The notes: generated by a model not told the origin, from the letters alone. 64,000 bases of DNA from Candidatus Collierbacteria bacterium (GCA_016183365.1 JACPES010000003.1:409154-473153); one strand, 5' to 3'; positions 9,441-18,891 are shown, numbered from the stretch's first letter. Numbers and translations are program-made.

Positions 9441-10463
9441 TTATTTGAAATTTTGAAGAGCATACCATTCCCAAAGTTGTTGTAATCCTGTTTCTAAATT
9501 GATTTTTGGTTTCCAGCGGAGTAAAGTTATTGCTCCAGTTATATCGGCATAAGTGGCGTTGACGTCGCTCGGGGGCAGAGGTTTGGAGCGGAGAATTGCT
9601 TTTTTGCCGACTGTCGATTCGATAGCGGCGATAAATTCGCGGAGAAGAACAGGAGAAGAATTTCCTAAGTTTATTATATTGAACTTCGGTTTAGACAAGT
9701 TTAGTGACGCCATAATTCCGTTGACAATATCGTTTACAAAAGTGTAATCCCGGCTGGTGCCGACGCCGTATGTTTCAATCGGCTTACCTTTGGCGATAGA
9801 GTCCATAAATTTAAAAGCCGCCATGTCCGGACGATTGCGCGGTCCATAGACGGTAAAAAACCTAAGAATAGTTACGGGAATTTTGTAGAGTTTATGGTAG
9901 GTGCAACAAAGAAGTTCAGCGGCGCGCTTGGTAGCGGCATAGGGAGATATTGGTTGATCGCAAGGCGCGTTTTCTTTAAATGGCACCGAGGTGTCGTTGC
10001 CATAAACACTCGATGAGGAGCCAAAAATAAAATGTTTGGCTTTTAAATCTTTCGTCAATTCCAGCATTTTTAAAGTCCCGCCGACGTTCACTTTTTCATA
10101 CAAAAGAGGTTGTTGAATAGATGCCCGTACACCCGCCCGAGCTGCCAAATGAATTATGGCATCAATTGTTTCATTGTTAAATTGCTCAATTGTTAAATTG
10201 TTAATATCTGTTTCAATCAATTTGAAATTCTTATTGTTTAAATGCTGGGCAATGTTGGCGCGTTTTTGAGAGGGAGAATAATAGTCGTTGAAGTCGTCGA
10301 CGCCGATAACGGTGTGTCTTTCGGAGAGAAGTTTATCTAAAAGGTTGGATCCGATAAAGCCGGCACAACCCGTCAGCAAAATCGTCTTTTTGTTTTGCCG
10401 ACTTGAGCGTTGAGCGTTGAGCGCTGAGCGTTGAGACATATGATTGAGATTAGTGAATTTCAA
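9441..10463 (-). CDS. NAD-dependent sugar epimerase/dehydratase (UDP-glucose 4-epimerase / UDP-glucuronate 4-epimerase family)
   Basis: TGCAGFIGSNLLDKLL Rossmann motif, YAATK catalytic motif; the N-terminus carries an in-frame heptamer array (SALNAQRSS); an alternative start is at 10439. Confidence 0.75.
   Translation of the reverse strand: MKFTNLNHMSQRSALNAQRSSRQNKKTILLTGCAGFIGSNLLDKLLSERHTVIGVDDFNDYYSPSQKRANIAQHLNNKNFKLIETDINNLTIEQFNNETIDAIIHLAARAGVRASIQQPLLYEKVNVGGTLKMLELTKDLKAKHFIFGSSSSVYGNDTSVPFKENAPCDQPISPYAATKRAAELLCCTYHKLYKIPVTILRFFTVYGPRNRPDMAAFKFMDSIAKGKPIETYGVGTSRDYTFVNDIVNGIMASLNLSKPKFNIINLGNSSPVLLREFIAAIESTVGKKAILRSKPLPPSDVNATYADITGAITLLRWKPKINLETGLQQLWEWYALQNFK
10402..10436. 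repeat. Heptanucleotide tandem array (gagcgtt x4-5) inside the N-terminal coding region
   Basis: Direct reading of gagcgttgagcgttgagcgctgagcgttgag. Confidence 0.8.
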
Positions 10464-10824
10464 GGAACCTAATAAAAGCGATAGTTTTTGATCGAATTTC
10501 GTTTAATAGCAATTCAGTTTGATCGGCTTGTTCATGAGAAATGTATCCGAGATCTGCTGAAAGAATTAAATAATATCTCACTTCTTCCAGTGAGCCTAGA
10601 GAGATATAAAGAAATTGTATGAACTCTTTGTTGGATTTTCTGCCGTATCCCTCTGCGATATTTGCAGGAATAGATACTACAGCTCTAAGCAATTGGTTGG
10701 TAAGTGAAAATTTTTCGAGTGTCGGAAACACTTTTGTGAACTTGTATATCGTAACCACAAGTTGATGGGATAACCGCCAGATTTCAAGTTGACGAAAAGA
10801 TTTAATAGCTGTTGCTTTTGACAT
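10450..10824 (-). CDS. Four-helix-bundle protein (23S rRNA intervening-sequence protein family)
   Basis: NIAEGYGRKSNKEFIQFLYISLGSLEEVRYYL matches the conserved AEG...R and GS..E core of this family; 124 aa. Confidence 0.65.
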   Translation of the reverse strand: MSKATAIKSFRQLEIWRLSHQLVVTIYKFTKVFPTLEKFSLTNQLLRAVVSIPANIAEGYGRKSNKEFIQFLYISLGSLEEVRYYLILSADLGYISHEQADQTELLLNEIRSKTIAFIRFLEIH

Positions 10825-10843
10825 GTGTAATTTTTTTCAACGT

Positions 10844-11827
10844 TCAACGTACAACGTTCAACGTACCGAAATAGGCTATTGTTTTCATAAGTCCTTCTTC
10901 GAGTCCTATCTTTGGTTTCCAGCCTAGTTTTTTATTGGCCTTTGAAATGTCAGGGCGGCGGCGTTCGGGATCGTCTTCAGGGAGCTTATCGAATTTAATT
11001 GTAGATTTTGAGTCGGTTAAACGGATGATCGTTTTGACTAAATCCAGAATAGAGATTTCTGTTGAATTACCAATGTTTATGGGGTCGGCGTTGGCATCCG
11101 AGTGGAGTAATTTCAAAAGTCCTTCGACCTGATCATCGACATAACAAAAGCTGCGGGTTTGGTGGCCGTCACCATGAATGGTTAATGGTTGATGGTTGAT
11201 GGATGATTGAATAAAAAGCGGGATAGCTCTGCCGTCATCGGGATTCATTCTTGGGCCGTAAGTATTAAAAATCCTGGCGATTCTGGTTTGAACGCCAAAT
11301 TTCCGGCTCCAAGCGGCGCAAATTGCTTCCCCCAAGCGCTTGCTTTCATCGTAGATGGCGCGCGGGCCGATTGGGTTGACGTGGCCCCAATATGTTTCCG
11401 GTTGAGGATGGATTTCCGGATCGCCGTAAATTTCGCTGGTGGAGGCAAACAAAAAAACCGCGTTGTGTTTTTTAGCTAATTCCAAAAGATAATGAGTCCC
11501 GATAGAGTTGACTAAGTATGTTTCTACCGGAAGGGCGTGGTAGCTTTTGGGACTTTTGGGGTTGGGGCCGGCGGGAGAGGCGAGGTGGAGGATGAAATCA
11601 AGGGCTAAGGGATAAGGGCTGAGGGTTAAGGGCCAGCTGGGTTTTGAAACGTCGGTCTCGATCAACCTGAAGTTTGGATTTGACAGCAGGTGGGCGATAT
11701 TTTTACGTTGGCCGGTAATAAAATTATCAACGCAAATAACGTGGTTATTTTCAGCTAACAATTTTTCGCAGATGAAACTGCCGATGAATCCTCCTCCGCC
11801 AGTGACTAGGTATACGTCTTTTGACAT
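10844..11827 (-). CDS. UDP-glucuronate decarboxylase (UXS) / dTDP-glucose-4,6-dehydratase-like NAD-dependent enzyme
   Basis: VTGGGGFIGSFICEKLL, catalytic YDESKR, NHVICVDNFITG typical of UXS; contains in-frame repeat inserts (see findings). Confidence 0.7.
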   Translation of the reverse strand: MSKDVYLVTGGGGFIGSFICEKLLAENNHVICVDNFITGQRKNIAHLLSNPNFRLIETDVSKPSWPLTLSPYPLALDFILHLASPAGPNPKSPKSYHALPVETYLVNSIGTHYLLELAKKHNAVFLFASTSEIYGDPEIHPQPETYWGHVNPIGPRAIYDESKRLGEAICAAWSRKFGVQTRIARIFNTYGPRMNPDDGRAIPLFIQSSINHQPLTIHGDGHQTRSFCYVDDQVEGLLKLLHSDANADPINIGNSTEISILDLVKTIIRLTDSKSTIKFDKLPEDDPERRRPDISKANKKLGWKPKIGLEEGLMKTIAYFGTLNVVR

Positions 11828-11836
11828 TTTTAATAA

Positions 11837-12199
11837 TTATTCCAACAGAATTTTTCGCGATTTAGATTTTAAGTCGATCATCAAGCGATGGCCTAGAAGG
11901 AATTCCATGCCGACCAGGTGATCCTCGCTTTCTGTAAAGATGGCGGGCAGTTCTCTAATTTTGCTGTTTTCCCATATTTTAACTACATAAACATTAAAAA
12001 ATATTCTGATGCCATTGGCTAATTCGAATTCTTGTTCAGCGATTTTTTGCGGTTGCAGCTTAGGTAACAGGGATAATCCCAAAGCGATTCCTGAAGAAAA
12101 ACCTGTATCAATTAGGCAATCAATAGTCAGCCGGTTTTTTGGGGCTTTGATGCCTATGGAAATTCGAGGGGAATCGTGATCGGTAAGGTATACTTTCAC
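11837..12199 (-). CDS. Retropepsin-like clan AA aspartic protease
   Basis: LIDTGFSSGIAL contains the D-T/S-G active-site triad; 120 aa single-domain pepsin-like fold. Confidence 0.55.
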   Translation of the reverse strand: MKVYLTDHDSPRISIGIKAPKNRLTIDCLIDTGFSSGIALGLSLLPKLQPQKIAEQEFELANGIRIFFNVYVVKIWENSKIRELPAIFTESEDHLVGMEFLLGHRLMIDLKSKSRKILLE

Positions 12200-12420
12200 T
12201 TGAGCATTCCTGCTACCCGACCGACTTGAGCAAGGAAAAAGATCTTTTTCGGGTGTCTCTTTTTCAATTTTTTGATCGCTTCAAGTGATGTTTCTGCCAC
12301 AGAATAGTCTCCTGTTTCCACGTCGATGGTAACGTAGTCTTCAGGAACGTACTTTTCTTCCAGTTGAGGTTTTAACTGGTAGTAGATTTGTTTCCCTTTT
12401 TCTACAAATGATTTTTTCAT
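12196..12420 (-). CDS. Small protein of unknown function, translationally coupled to the aspartic protease
   Basis: 74 aa; 4-bp ATGA overlap with the downstream protease gene. Confidence 0.4.
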   Translation of the reverse strand: MKKSFVEKGKQIYYQLKPQLEEKYVPEDYVTIDVETGDYSVAETSLEAIKKLKKRHPKKIFFLAQVGRVAGMLK

Positions 12421-12475
12421 GAATTGAGTATACCATTACTCGGGAAACTTGCGCCGTCGATGAAGAGAAAAGTTT

Positions 12476-13726
12476 TCATCTTCGATAGTATGTTACCAGT
12501 TTTACGACTGCGTTGATAACATCCGAAATATCCTTTTTGTTCATAGTTGGATAAATCGGAAGAGAAAAGATATTCAGGCCGATGCGTTCGGCATTTGGAA
12601 AATCACCGAGTTTATATTCGAAAGTTTTCCGGTAGTATTCCATCAAGTGAACCGGAGTAAAGTGAACGCCGCAGCCAATGCCTTCTTTTTGGAGAGCGGC
12701 AACAAATTTATTTCTGTCTATTTTTAACATTTCCGGCTTAAATGCTAAAGCGTAGAGATGACGGGCGTGGATGATGTTGGATTCGTCAGAGCTTGGAGTT
12801 TGCAGGCAGTTAATTTTAGAAAACGCTTTCTGATATTCTCCCCAGATTTTATTTCTGATCTTCAAATTTTTTTCAATAGATTGGAGTTGTGGTAGTCCCA
12901 GCGAGGCTTGGATATCGGTCATGTTGATTTTGTAGCCGGGATAAACGGCTTCGTAGGGCTTAAAGCCGGCTGCGCTGTAGCGTTTCCAGGCGTCGGCTGA
13001 TAAACCATGAAGAGCCCGGACTGTAGCAGTGTCGTACCATTTCTTATTATTGGTTGTCAACATTCCGCCTTCGCCGGTCGCTACATTTTTGGTGGCGTAG
13101 AAAGAGAAAGCGGTAAAGTCGCCGATTGAACCGATCTTTTTGCCGTGATACCAGGCTTCGGCGGCGTGGGCCGCGTCTTCGATGACATAAAGTTTATGTT
13201 TATTAGCGATTTTACCGATCGCATCCATATCTGCCGGCCGGCCGTGAAGATGGACGGGAATAATCGTTTTGGTTTTTCCGGTGGTCGCCTTTTCAATTTC
13301 GTCAGGATCAATATTCCAAGTTTTTAAATCAACATCTGCGAATTTAACCGTGGCGCCGCGATGAAGAACCACATTTGCGGTGGACACAAAAGTTAAGGGA
13401 GTAGTAATAACTTCGTCGCCGGGGCCGATCCCAAGAATGTCCAGAGCCAGTTCGGTGGCGGCGGTACAGGAGGACAAGGCCAGGGCATATTTGGCGTGAG
13501 CGTATTTAGCGAATAATTTTTCAAACTCTTTGGTTTTTTGTCCGGTCCCCCACCAGTCGGAACGCAAAGTTTCCAAAACCTCTTTTATTTCTTCGCGGAA
13601 CAGCATCGGCCGGCCGAAGACCAGGAAATTTTCTCTAACAGGTTTTCCGCCTTCGATTGCTGGTTTGTAATTAGCGGGTAGTTTTTTCAAGTTGTTTAAA
13701 GCGATCCGAATGATCCGAATCGGCAT
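12476..13726 (-). CDS. DegT/DnrJ/EryC1/StrS-family PLP-dependent sugar aminotransferase (PseC/ArnB-like)
   Basis: AIEGGKPVRENFLVFGRP N-terminus, and the PLP-lysine region FSFYATKNVATGEGG; start trimmed to the ATG at 13726, because the 26-codon extension in the ORF track is encoded by a repeat element. Confidence 0.8.
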   Translation of the reverse strand: MPIRIIRIALNNLKKLPANYKPAIEGGKPVRENFLVFGRPMLFREEIKEVLETLRSDWWGTGQKTKEFEKLFAKYAHAKYALALSSCTAATELALDILGIGPGDEVITTPLTFVSTANVVLHRGATVKFADVDLKTWNIDPDEIEKATTGKTKTIIPVHLHGRPADMDAIGKIANKHKLYVIEDAAHAAEAWYHGKKIGSIGDFTAFSFYATKNVATGEGGMLTTNNKKWYDTATVRALHGLSADAWKRYSAAGFKPYEAVYPGYKINMTDIQASLGLPQLQSIEKNLKIRNKIWGEYQKAFSKINCLQTPSSDESNIIHARHLYALAFKPEMLKIDRNKFVAALQKEGIGCGVHFTPVHLMEYYRKTFEYKLGDFPNAERIGLNIFSLPIYPTMNKKDISDVINAVVKLVTYYRR

Positions 13727-13783
13727 CCGAATTATCCGAATAGATTTATTCGTATCATTCGGATGGATTCGTAGATTAGTATC
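13703..13783. repeat. Dispersed repeat family A (gatccgaat ... attcggat / attcgtagatt), copy 1
   Basis: gatccgaatgatccgaatcggcatccgaattatccgaatagatttattcgtatcattcggatggattcgtagatt; related copies at 34548 and 56125. Confidence 0.75.
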
Positions 13784-13807
13784 GCGTTGACATGATAATA
13801 TCACGTT

Positions 13808-14533
13808 ATGCCTGAACAGTTTGACGTCAGTTTAGTGTTGCCGTGCTACAACGAAGCGGAACATTTTAATTTGAGCGTTGACAGGATAATCAGAGTCCTT
13901 GACGGAACTGATTTTTCTTGGGAAATAATTTTTATTGACGATGCTTCGACTGATATCACTGCGGATTTAATTAAATCTTATATCAAAAAAACCCCCCGAA
14001 AACATTTAACGGTCTATTCTCACCGGAAAAATTTGGGCCGGGGAGCGACGGTGACAGAAGGAATAGAAAAATCTCAAGGTAAAATCGTAGGATATATCGA
14101 TATTGACTGCGAAGTGCCTCCGGATTATATTCCCCAGTTTGTGTCAGCAATAGATAATGGCGCTGACTTTGCGGTCGGTTGGCGGATTTATGACTTTACG
14201 ATCAAGAGTTTGCCGCGGTGGTTTGCCAGCAAGGGTTATAACCGGATTAGGAACGGGGTTTTAAATACCAGTTTAAAAGATACGGAAGCGGGATATAAGT
14301 TTTTTCGTAAAAGTAAGATTTTGCCGGTTTTAAAACAATGTATCAGCCCTGGTTGGTTTTGGGATACAGAAGTGACGGTCCGGGCGCAGAGGGCGGGATT
14401 GAAAATCAAGGAAATGCCGGTAGTTTTTATCCGCCGTTTCGATAAAGCTTCGACGGTAAAGTTGATCCCTGACACTTTTGTTTATCTTAAAGAGCTATGG
14501 CGATTCAAAAGAAAACTAGACAACTCCTGTTAA
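13808..14533 (+). CDS. GT2-family polyprenol-phosphate sugar synthase (DPM1/GtrB/ArnC-like)
   Basis: LPCYNEAEH, IFIDDASTD, DIDCEVPP (DXD) motifs; 241 aa soluble GT-A. Confidence 0.8.
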   Translation: MPEQFDVSLVLPCYNEAEHFNLSVDRIIRVLDGTDFSWEIIFIDDASTDITADLIKSYIKKTPRKHLTVYSHRKNLGRGATVTEGIEKSQGKIVGYIDIDCEVPPDYIPQFVSAIDNGADFAVGWRIYDFTIKSLPRWFASKGYNRIRNGVLNTSLKDTEAGYKFFRKSKILPVLKQCISPGWFWDTEVTVRAQRAGLKIKEMPVVFIRRFDKASTVKLIPDTFVYLKELWRFKRKLDNSC

Positions 14534-16116
14534 TTTTGCTGATTGCTTCACTTTTAAACGGAATAAGTTGGGTCGCGTTGATTCCGATGTGGCAGACTCC
14601 AGACGAGCAGGCCCATTTTGCCCAAGCCCAAGATATTGCTGCCATTGGCTACCGGCCTAACCCCGGCGCTTCAACTTCTCAAGACATTGTCCTATCGGAG
14701 AAATATCTGGGTACTTTCCGTGACGAAAGAGGGAATAACCGGTTTACTTATCATCCGGAATATAACATTGAATATAGTAATTCCGCTTATGGTTTATACG
14801 AGAAAGAATTGATGGCGATGCCGGTAGAGTCAAGAAATATTTTCGCGATAAATGAGGCCACCGGATATCCGCCTTTATACTATCTATATATATCAACCAT
14901 GAATAAACAATTTTGGAGCCTAGACTTGATTTCCAGAGTGTTTTTGTCCAGAGTGGCTACTGCTTTATTGTCCGTAGGATTGGGAGCCGTAGTTTTTTAT
15001 ATCGGGAAAATTGTTTTCAAACAGATTTTTTATGCTTATGTTTTAACCGTTCTGGTTGTCTTTCAGCCGATGCGGATGTTTGTCGGGTCAGGGGTGACTA
15101 GTGATGCTTTGATGAATTTAATTTATCCCGTAACGATATTGCTGTTGTTAAAAGCTGATCTTTTGCCAAGTTGGAAGAATTTGACAGTTTTGATTTTGGC
15201 TTTGGCTGCTCTTTTACTGACGAAAATCCAAGGCGTTTTCCTGATATTGATTTCATCGATTCTTTGGTTGAAAGTGATTACCGGCCGGAAGTATAAGATC
15301 GGTCCGAAATTGATATCGGCCGTAGTTTTGTTAGTGATAGCCGCGGCTATTTCCATCGGAATAATCAATCGGACAACTTTTGGGAATGTTATTCCGAATT
15401 TGTTGCGGGCTAACATGTTTATTCCCGAAATTGACGACAGCGTTGGCTTAAATTCTCAACCATTTTTAATCGACTATATTAAAACTTCGGTTATTGATTT
15501 TTATCGCCAGGTACTGCCGTGGTATTGTGGGGTTTACCGGTGGCTGTCTCTGACATTACCGTTTTGGGTTTATAGGGTTATTAAAGCGATTATGTTAGTT
15601 TCTTTGTTCGGTTGGATAATTGGATTTAAGAAAATAAAAACTGTTGTGAACTCAAGACCGTTAATATGGCTAATATTCAGCAGCGCGGTTTACACGTTGG
15701 GTATATACGCTTGGAATCTATTATTTTGGAAAAGCAAGGGATTTTCATTCGGAATTCAGGGAAGATATTTTTTCCCCAATTTGGCGGAACATATGGCTAT
15801 TTTAATAGTCGGATTGTTGATTTTATCCCCGGCCCGCTTTCGCAAGCCGGCGGGTTTGACCGTAGCCGCGCTGATGATATTTTTTAACTGGTTTTCATTA
15901 TGGTTTATTTCCCAGTCTTACTACGGCAGTATCATAAATTATCAAGCATTTTTTCTGCGGGCCAGCCAATACAAACCCTGGTTCTTTAAAACACCGTTGT
16001 TAGAAGTGTGGTCAGGATTGGGAATATTTATGAGTCTATGGTTTTTATGGAAGATGGGAGTAGAATTGTTTAAGCAAGAAGCAGGAAACAAGAAGCAGGA
16101 AACAATGACGGTTTAA
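14497..16116 (+). CDS. Polytopic membrane protein, putative GT-C glycosyltransferase using a lipid-linked sugar
   Basis: 539 aa with more than 10 TM segments; periplasmic-loop DE motif (QTPDEQAHF); directly follows the GT2 P-sugar synthase. Confidence 0.4.
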   Translation: MAIQKKTRQLLLILLIASLLNGISWVALIPMWQTPDEQAHFAQAQDIAAIGYRPNPGASTSQDIVLSEKYLGTFRDERGNNRFTYHPEYNIEYSNSAYGLYEKELMAMPVESRNIFAINEATGYPPLYYLYISTMNKQFWSLDLISRVFLSRVATALLSVGLGAVVFYIGKIVFKQIFYAYVLTVLVVFQPMRMFVGSGVTSDALMNLIYPVTILLLLKADLLPSWKNLTVLILALAALLLTKIQGVFLILISSILWLKVITGRKYKIGPKLISAVVLLVIAAAISIGIINRTTFGNVIPNLLRANMFIPEIDDSVGLNSQPFLIDYIKTSVIDFYRQVLPWYCGVYRWLSLTLPFWVYRVIKAIMLVSLFGWIIGFKKIKTVVNSRPLIWLIFSSAVYTLGIYAWNLLFWKSKGFSFGIQGRYFFPNLAEHMAILIVGLLILSPARFRKPAGLTVAALMIFFNWFSLWFISQSYYGSIINYQAFFLRASQYKPWFFKTPLLEVWSGLGIFMSLWFLWKMGVELFKQEAGNKKQETMTV

Positions 16117-16140
16117 TTCATTGCTTCTTGTTTCTTGTTC
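16064..16140. repeat. Direct repeat plus inverted repeat at a gene junction
   Basis: caagaagcaggaaaca x2, followed by the inverted copy ttgcttcttgtttcttgttcattgtttctt. Confidence 0.7.
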
Positions 16141-16159
16141 ATTGTTTCTTAATTTAATA

Positions 16160-16696
16160 ATGTTGAACGAAATTGGATTTACAAGATTAGTTAAATACTT
16201 TATCTTTGGTCTTTGGGACCAGATTTTTAGCTTTTTGCCTTGGTCTCCGCTAAGAGTTTTGTGGATGAAATTGTTTGGGGCCAAAATACCTTGGTCAGCG
16301 GTCATTGACAAAGTTAACTTCATGAATTTAGACAGAACCGGATTGTCCGGCCTGGAACTGGGACGGAAAGTTTTCCTGGGATTGGGATCAATAATCGATT
16401 TAGCCGGAAGAGTAGAGATTGGTGATCATGCCACAGTTTCCCCCGGATCAATAATTTTAAGCCATCTGTCTGTCGGGTTTTCCGATCATCCTTTAATTTT
16501 AAGGTATCCGAAAAAGATCGAAAAAACCGTTATCGGCGCCGGAGTTTTTATTGGGGCTAACACTACAGTGCTTTCAGGGGTTACAATTGGCAAAGAGACA
16601 ATGATTGGGGCCGGAACCGTAGTTACTAAAAATATTCCGGAAAAAGTGTTGGCGGTCGGTGTTCCGGCACAGGTTAAGAAAATGATTGATAAATAA
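16160..16696 (+). CDS. Hexapeptide-repeat (LbH) acetyltransferase, WcaF/maltose O-acetyltransferase-like
   Basis: Successive hexapeptide repeats IGDHATVSPGSIIL...IGAGVFIGANTTVLSGVTIGKETMIGAGTVV. Confidence 0.65.
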   Translation: MLNEIGFTRLVKYFIFGLWDQIFSFLPWSPLRVLWMKLFGAKIPWSAVIDKVNFMNLDRTGLSGLELGRKVFLGLGSIIDLAGRVEIGDHATVSPGSIILSHLSVGFSDHPLILRYPKKIEKTVIGAGVFIGANTTVLSGVTIGKETMIGAGTVVTKNIPEKVLAVGVPAQVKKMIDK

Positions 16697-16759
16697 TGGT
16701 TGATTAATGATGAATGATGGATGAAACAATCGAATTATCCATTATCCATAAGTTAACAT

Positions 16760-17131
16760 ATGTTTAATCGCGTTATCTTAATATTAATTCCGGTGACAGC
16801 GGCGGCTATCGGCCAAATGATATTAAAAATCGGAATGACCCAAGTTGGAGAAATTAAGTTTTCAGACGGTTTAATAAATGTCCTTTGGAAAACATTTTCT
16901 AATTTATATGTATTAGGCGGCCTGGCATTTTTTGGAGCGAACGCTTTATTGTGGTTGGTAGTTTTATCGCGGGAAAAATTGTCTTTTGCTTACCCAATGG
17001 TGGCTTTTGCCTATATCGTTACCATTCTCTTAGCTAAATTCGTATTGCATGAGGATATTCCATTATTAAGGTGGGCTGGTTTAGCTGTGATTGTTGTTGG
17101 GATATTGATGATTGCCAAAAGCTCAACGTAG
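16760..17131 (+). CDS. Small EamA/SMR-like 4-TM permease (ArnE/ArnF-like flippase subunit candidate)
   Basis: 123 aa with four hydrophobic helices, following the acetyltransferase; context with GT2 P-sugar synthase and GT-C genes. Confidence 0.45.
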   Translation: MFNRVILILIPVTAAAIGQMILKIGMTQVGEIKFSDGLINVLWKTFSNLYVLGGLAFFGANALLWLVVLSREKLSFAYPMVAFAYIVTILLAKFVLHEDIPLLRWAGLAVIVVGILMIAKSST

Positions 17132-17270
17132 AATTTTCAATTTACAATTTACAATTTTCAATCAAATCTCAATTAATCAATTTTCAAAAAATCTATGTTT
17201 GTGTAATTGAAAATTAAGTCATTGAAAATTCATTGTAAATTGAGAATTGAGAATTGAAAATTAATAAATT
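17131..17270. repeat. AT-rich heptamer-periodic imperfect palindrome (aattttc/aatttac arrays facing gaattga/gaaaatt arrays)
   Basis: Read directly; arms are approximately reverse-complementary around about 17195. Confidence 0.75.
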
Positions 17271-18891
17271 ACACGCAGCGAAAATATTTCTGGCGGGGAT
17301 TTTAGTTCTGGGATTGACGTTGCGGTTAGTCTATCTGCGGGAGTGGTTTCATTTCGAATTTGACGAAGAAGTGATTGCCTGGAAGTTAAGGCAATTTATA
17401 ATAACAGGGAAACCCTTTTTGATCGGCGGCGGAACGCCGTTTGGGTTTCATCTTGGTCCGGCGTTTTATTATCTATCGGCGATTCCGTTATTTTTTTCCC
17501 GTCTTGATCCTATAGGCTGGGGGGTAGCCGCAGCGGTTTTCGGGACTGTATCAGTTTGGCTGATGTGGTTTGCCGGAAAAACTTTATACAACCAACGAAT
17601 TGGGTTGATAGCAGCGTTAATATGGGCGACAAGTTTTACAACGGTAATGACCGACCGTCACTGGTGGCCGTTGGTATTGGACCCGATGTTGTCGTTGTTG
17701 GTAATTTTATGTTTATACAAAATTTGTGTCATTCCCGCGAAAGCGGGAATCTATTTAAATAGATTCCGTGTCAAGCACGGAATGACATGGATTGCGTTGG
17801 GATTGACCCTAGCATTTGCCTGGCAAGCGGACTTGACGGTTCTACCTTTATTTTTGGCGGCGGTCGTAGTCGCAATTCGGAATTGGCTAAGTCAGAAAAG
17901 AGAAGTGACGATAACTGTTTTAATTCTATTGGTTTCGGTTATGCCATTAGTATTGTTTGAATTCCGCCATCCGGGAGTTAATCTTGGAAAACTTATACAA
18001 AGGTCTAGTCTGCCAGTTGGCGGATTAGACCTTTATACGTTGTCGTTTATTCCTCAAAGTTTAAGCCGGTTATTGTTTCCGATCTCGCATCCGGACGGAA
18101 ATTTATTAAAGTTTTACGGTTGGTGCAAAGATATTGCCGACATCAGGGTTAACAGCCAGCCGTGGTGGGCGGGCGGGATGACGTTGTTGATTTTGGCGAC
18201 TCCGTTTTTGACGCTTTGTCATCCTGAGGCCACCAAAGGCGGCCGAAGGATCTCGACGGAATTCTTCCTCCGCCGGTGGCGGAGTCAGAATGACGGTTGT
18301 ATTCCGGCAGCGGATCGGATATTGCGGATAATGATTTTGTCCGGAGTTGTTGGAATCTTCATATTCAGATTGTGGGGCGGCAATTTATATGATTTTTATT
18401 TGGCAGTTTTGTATCCGGTAGTGTTACTTTTAACGGCAAGAGTTGTCGACTTTATTTGGAAAAAATGGGGGAGAATTGTAACAATAGCAGGGTTGGGAAT
18501 TATAGTTGGGTTAAACTTGTTGATAATAATCAGGGCTCATCACCCGCAAGGGCTGGCGATAAAACGTCAGGCGGTCGCCTGGGTCATATCGAATGTAAAA
18601 AAAGAAGAGTTTGATCTGGAGTCAATTTCCAACTGCAGCCGTTACAATGGAGTTAGATTCTTGTTTTGGTTGGCCGGTAAAGAGCCGCAACAGAGTTTTG
18701 TGGACCCGGAACTTTCTTGGTTGTATGATAAAAAAGGCGACTATATGAAACCAAAATTTTTGGTGACTTTTACTACTCCAAACGATTTAACCCCGGACCA
18801 AAAAGAGAAGTACAATCAGCTAAAGCTTGATGCTGTGAATTCCGAGATGTTCAGCCCAGACTTAGAAGTAATAATTTCTGCATATGATTAA
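17254..18891 (+). CDS. GT-C family membrane glycosyltransferase (ArnT/PMT GT39/GT83-like)
   Basis: 545 aa, N-terminal multi-TM region with a large C-terminal soluble domain; the architecture matches the ArnT/PMT type. Confidence 0.45.
   Translation: MKINKLHAAKIFLAGILVLGLTLRLVYLREWFHFEFDEEVIAWKLRQFIITGKPFLIGGGTPFGFHLGPAFYYLSAIPLFFSRLDPIGWGVAAAVFGTVSVWLMWFAGKTLYNQRIGLIAALIWATSFTTVMTDRHWWPLVLDPMLSLLVILCLYKICVIPAKAGIYLNRFRVKHGMTWIALGLTLAFAWQADLTVLPLFLAAVVVAIRNWLSQKREVTITVLILLVSVMPLVLFEFRHPGVNLGKLIQRSSLPVGGLDLYTLSFIPQSLSRLLFPISHPDGNLLKFYGWCKDIADIRVNSQPWWAGGMTLLILATPFLTLCHPEATKGGRRISTEFFLRRWRSQNDGCIPAADRILRIMILSGVVGIFIFRLWGGNLYDFYLAVLYPVVLLLTARVVDFIWKKWGRIVTIAGLGIIVGLNLLIIIRAHHPQGLAIKRQAVAWVISNVKKEEFDLESISNCSRYNGVRFLFWLAGKEPQQSFVDPELSWLYDKKGDYMKPKFLVTFTTPNDLTPDQKEKYNQLKLDAVNSEMFSPDLEVIISAYD
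17728..17796. repeat. Family B palindromic element, 69-bp in-frame insertion in the GT-C gene
   Basis: gtcattcccgcgaaagcgggaatctatttaaatagattccgtgtcaagcacggaatgac; encodes IPAKAGIYLNRFRVKHGMT. Confidence 0.8.

Noticed and set aside
9292..9474. 60-aa ORF on the minus strand (MGMVCSSKF...IARSPELVEGRRGNL...)
   Set aside because: It is just the translation of the family B palindromic repeat (gtcattccgagcgagg...cctcgcaatgac). Such repeat-derived peptides recur in many genomes and are not real genes.
12476..13804. Long N-terminal extensions in the ORF track (aminotransferase 13727-13804, murE 56150-56191, GT4 43508-43621, GT2 31314-31376, glyS 50269-50349, mraZ 52676-52708, neuB 1595-1654)
   Set aside because: The extensions are encoded by repeat elements, operator/promoter sequence or upstream leader sequence. 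They lack the conserved N-terminal motifs, which begin at internal ATGs with better context. Starts were moved accordingly.
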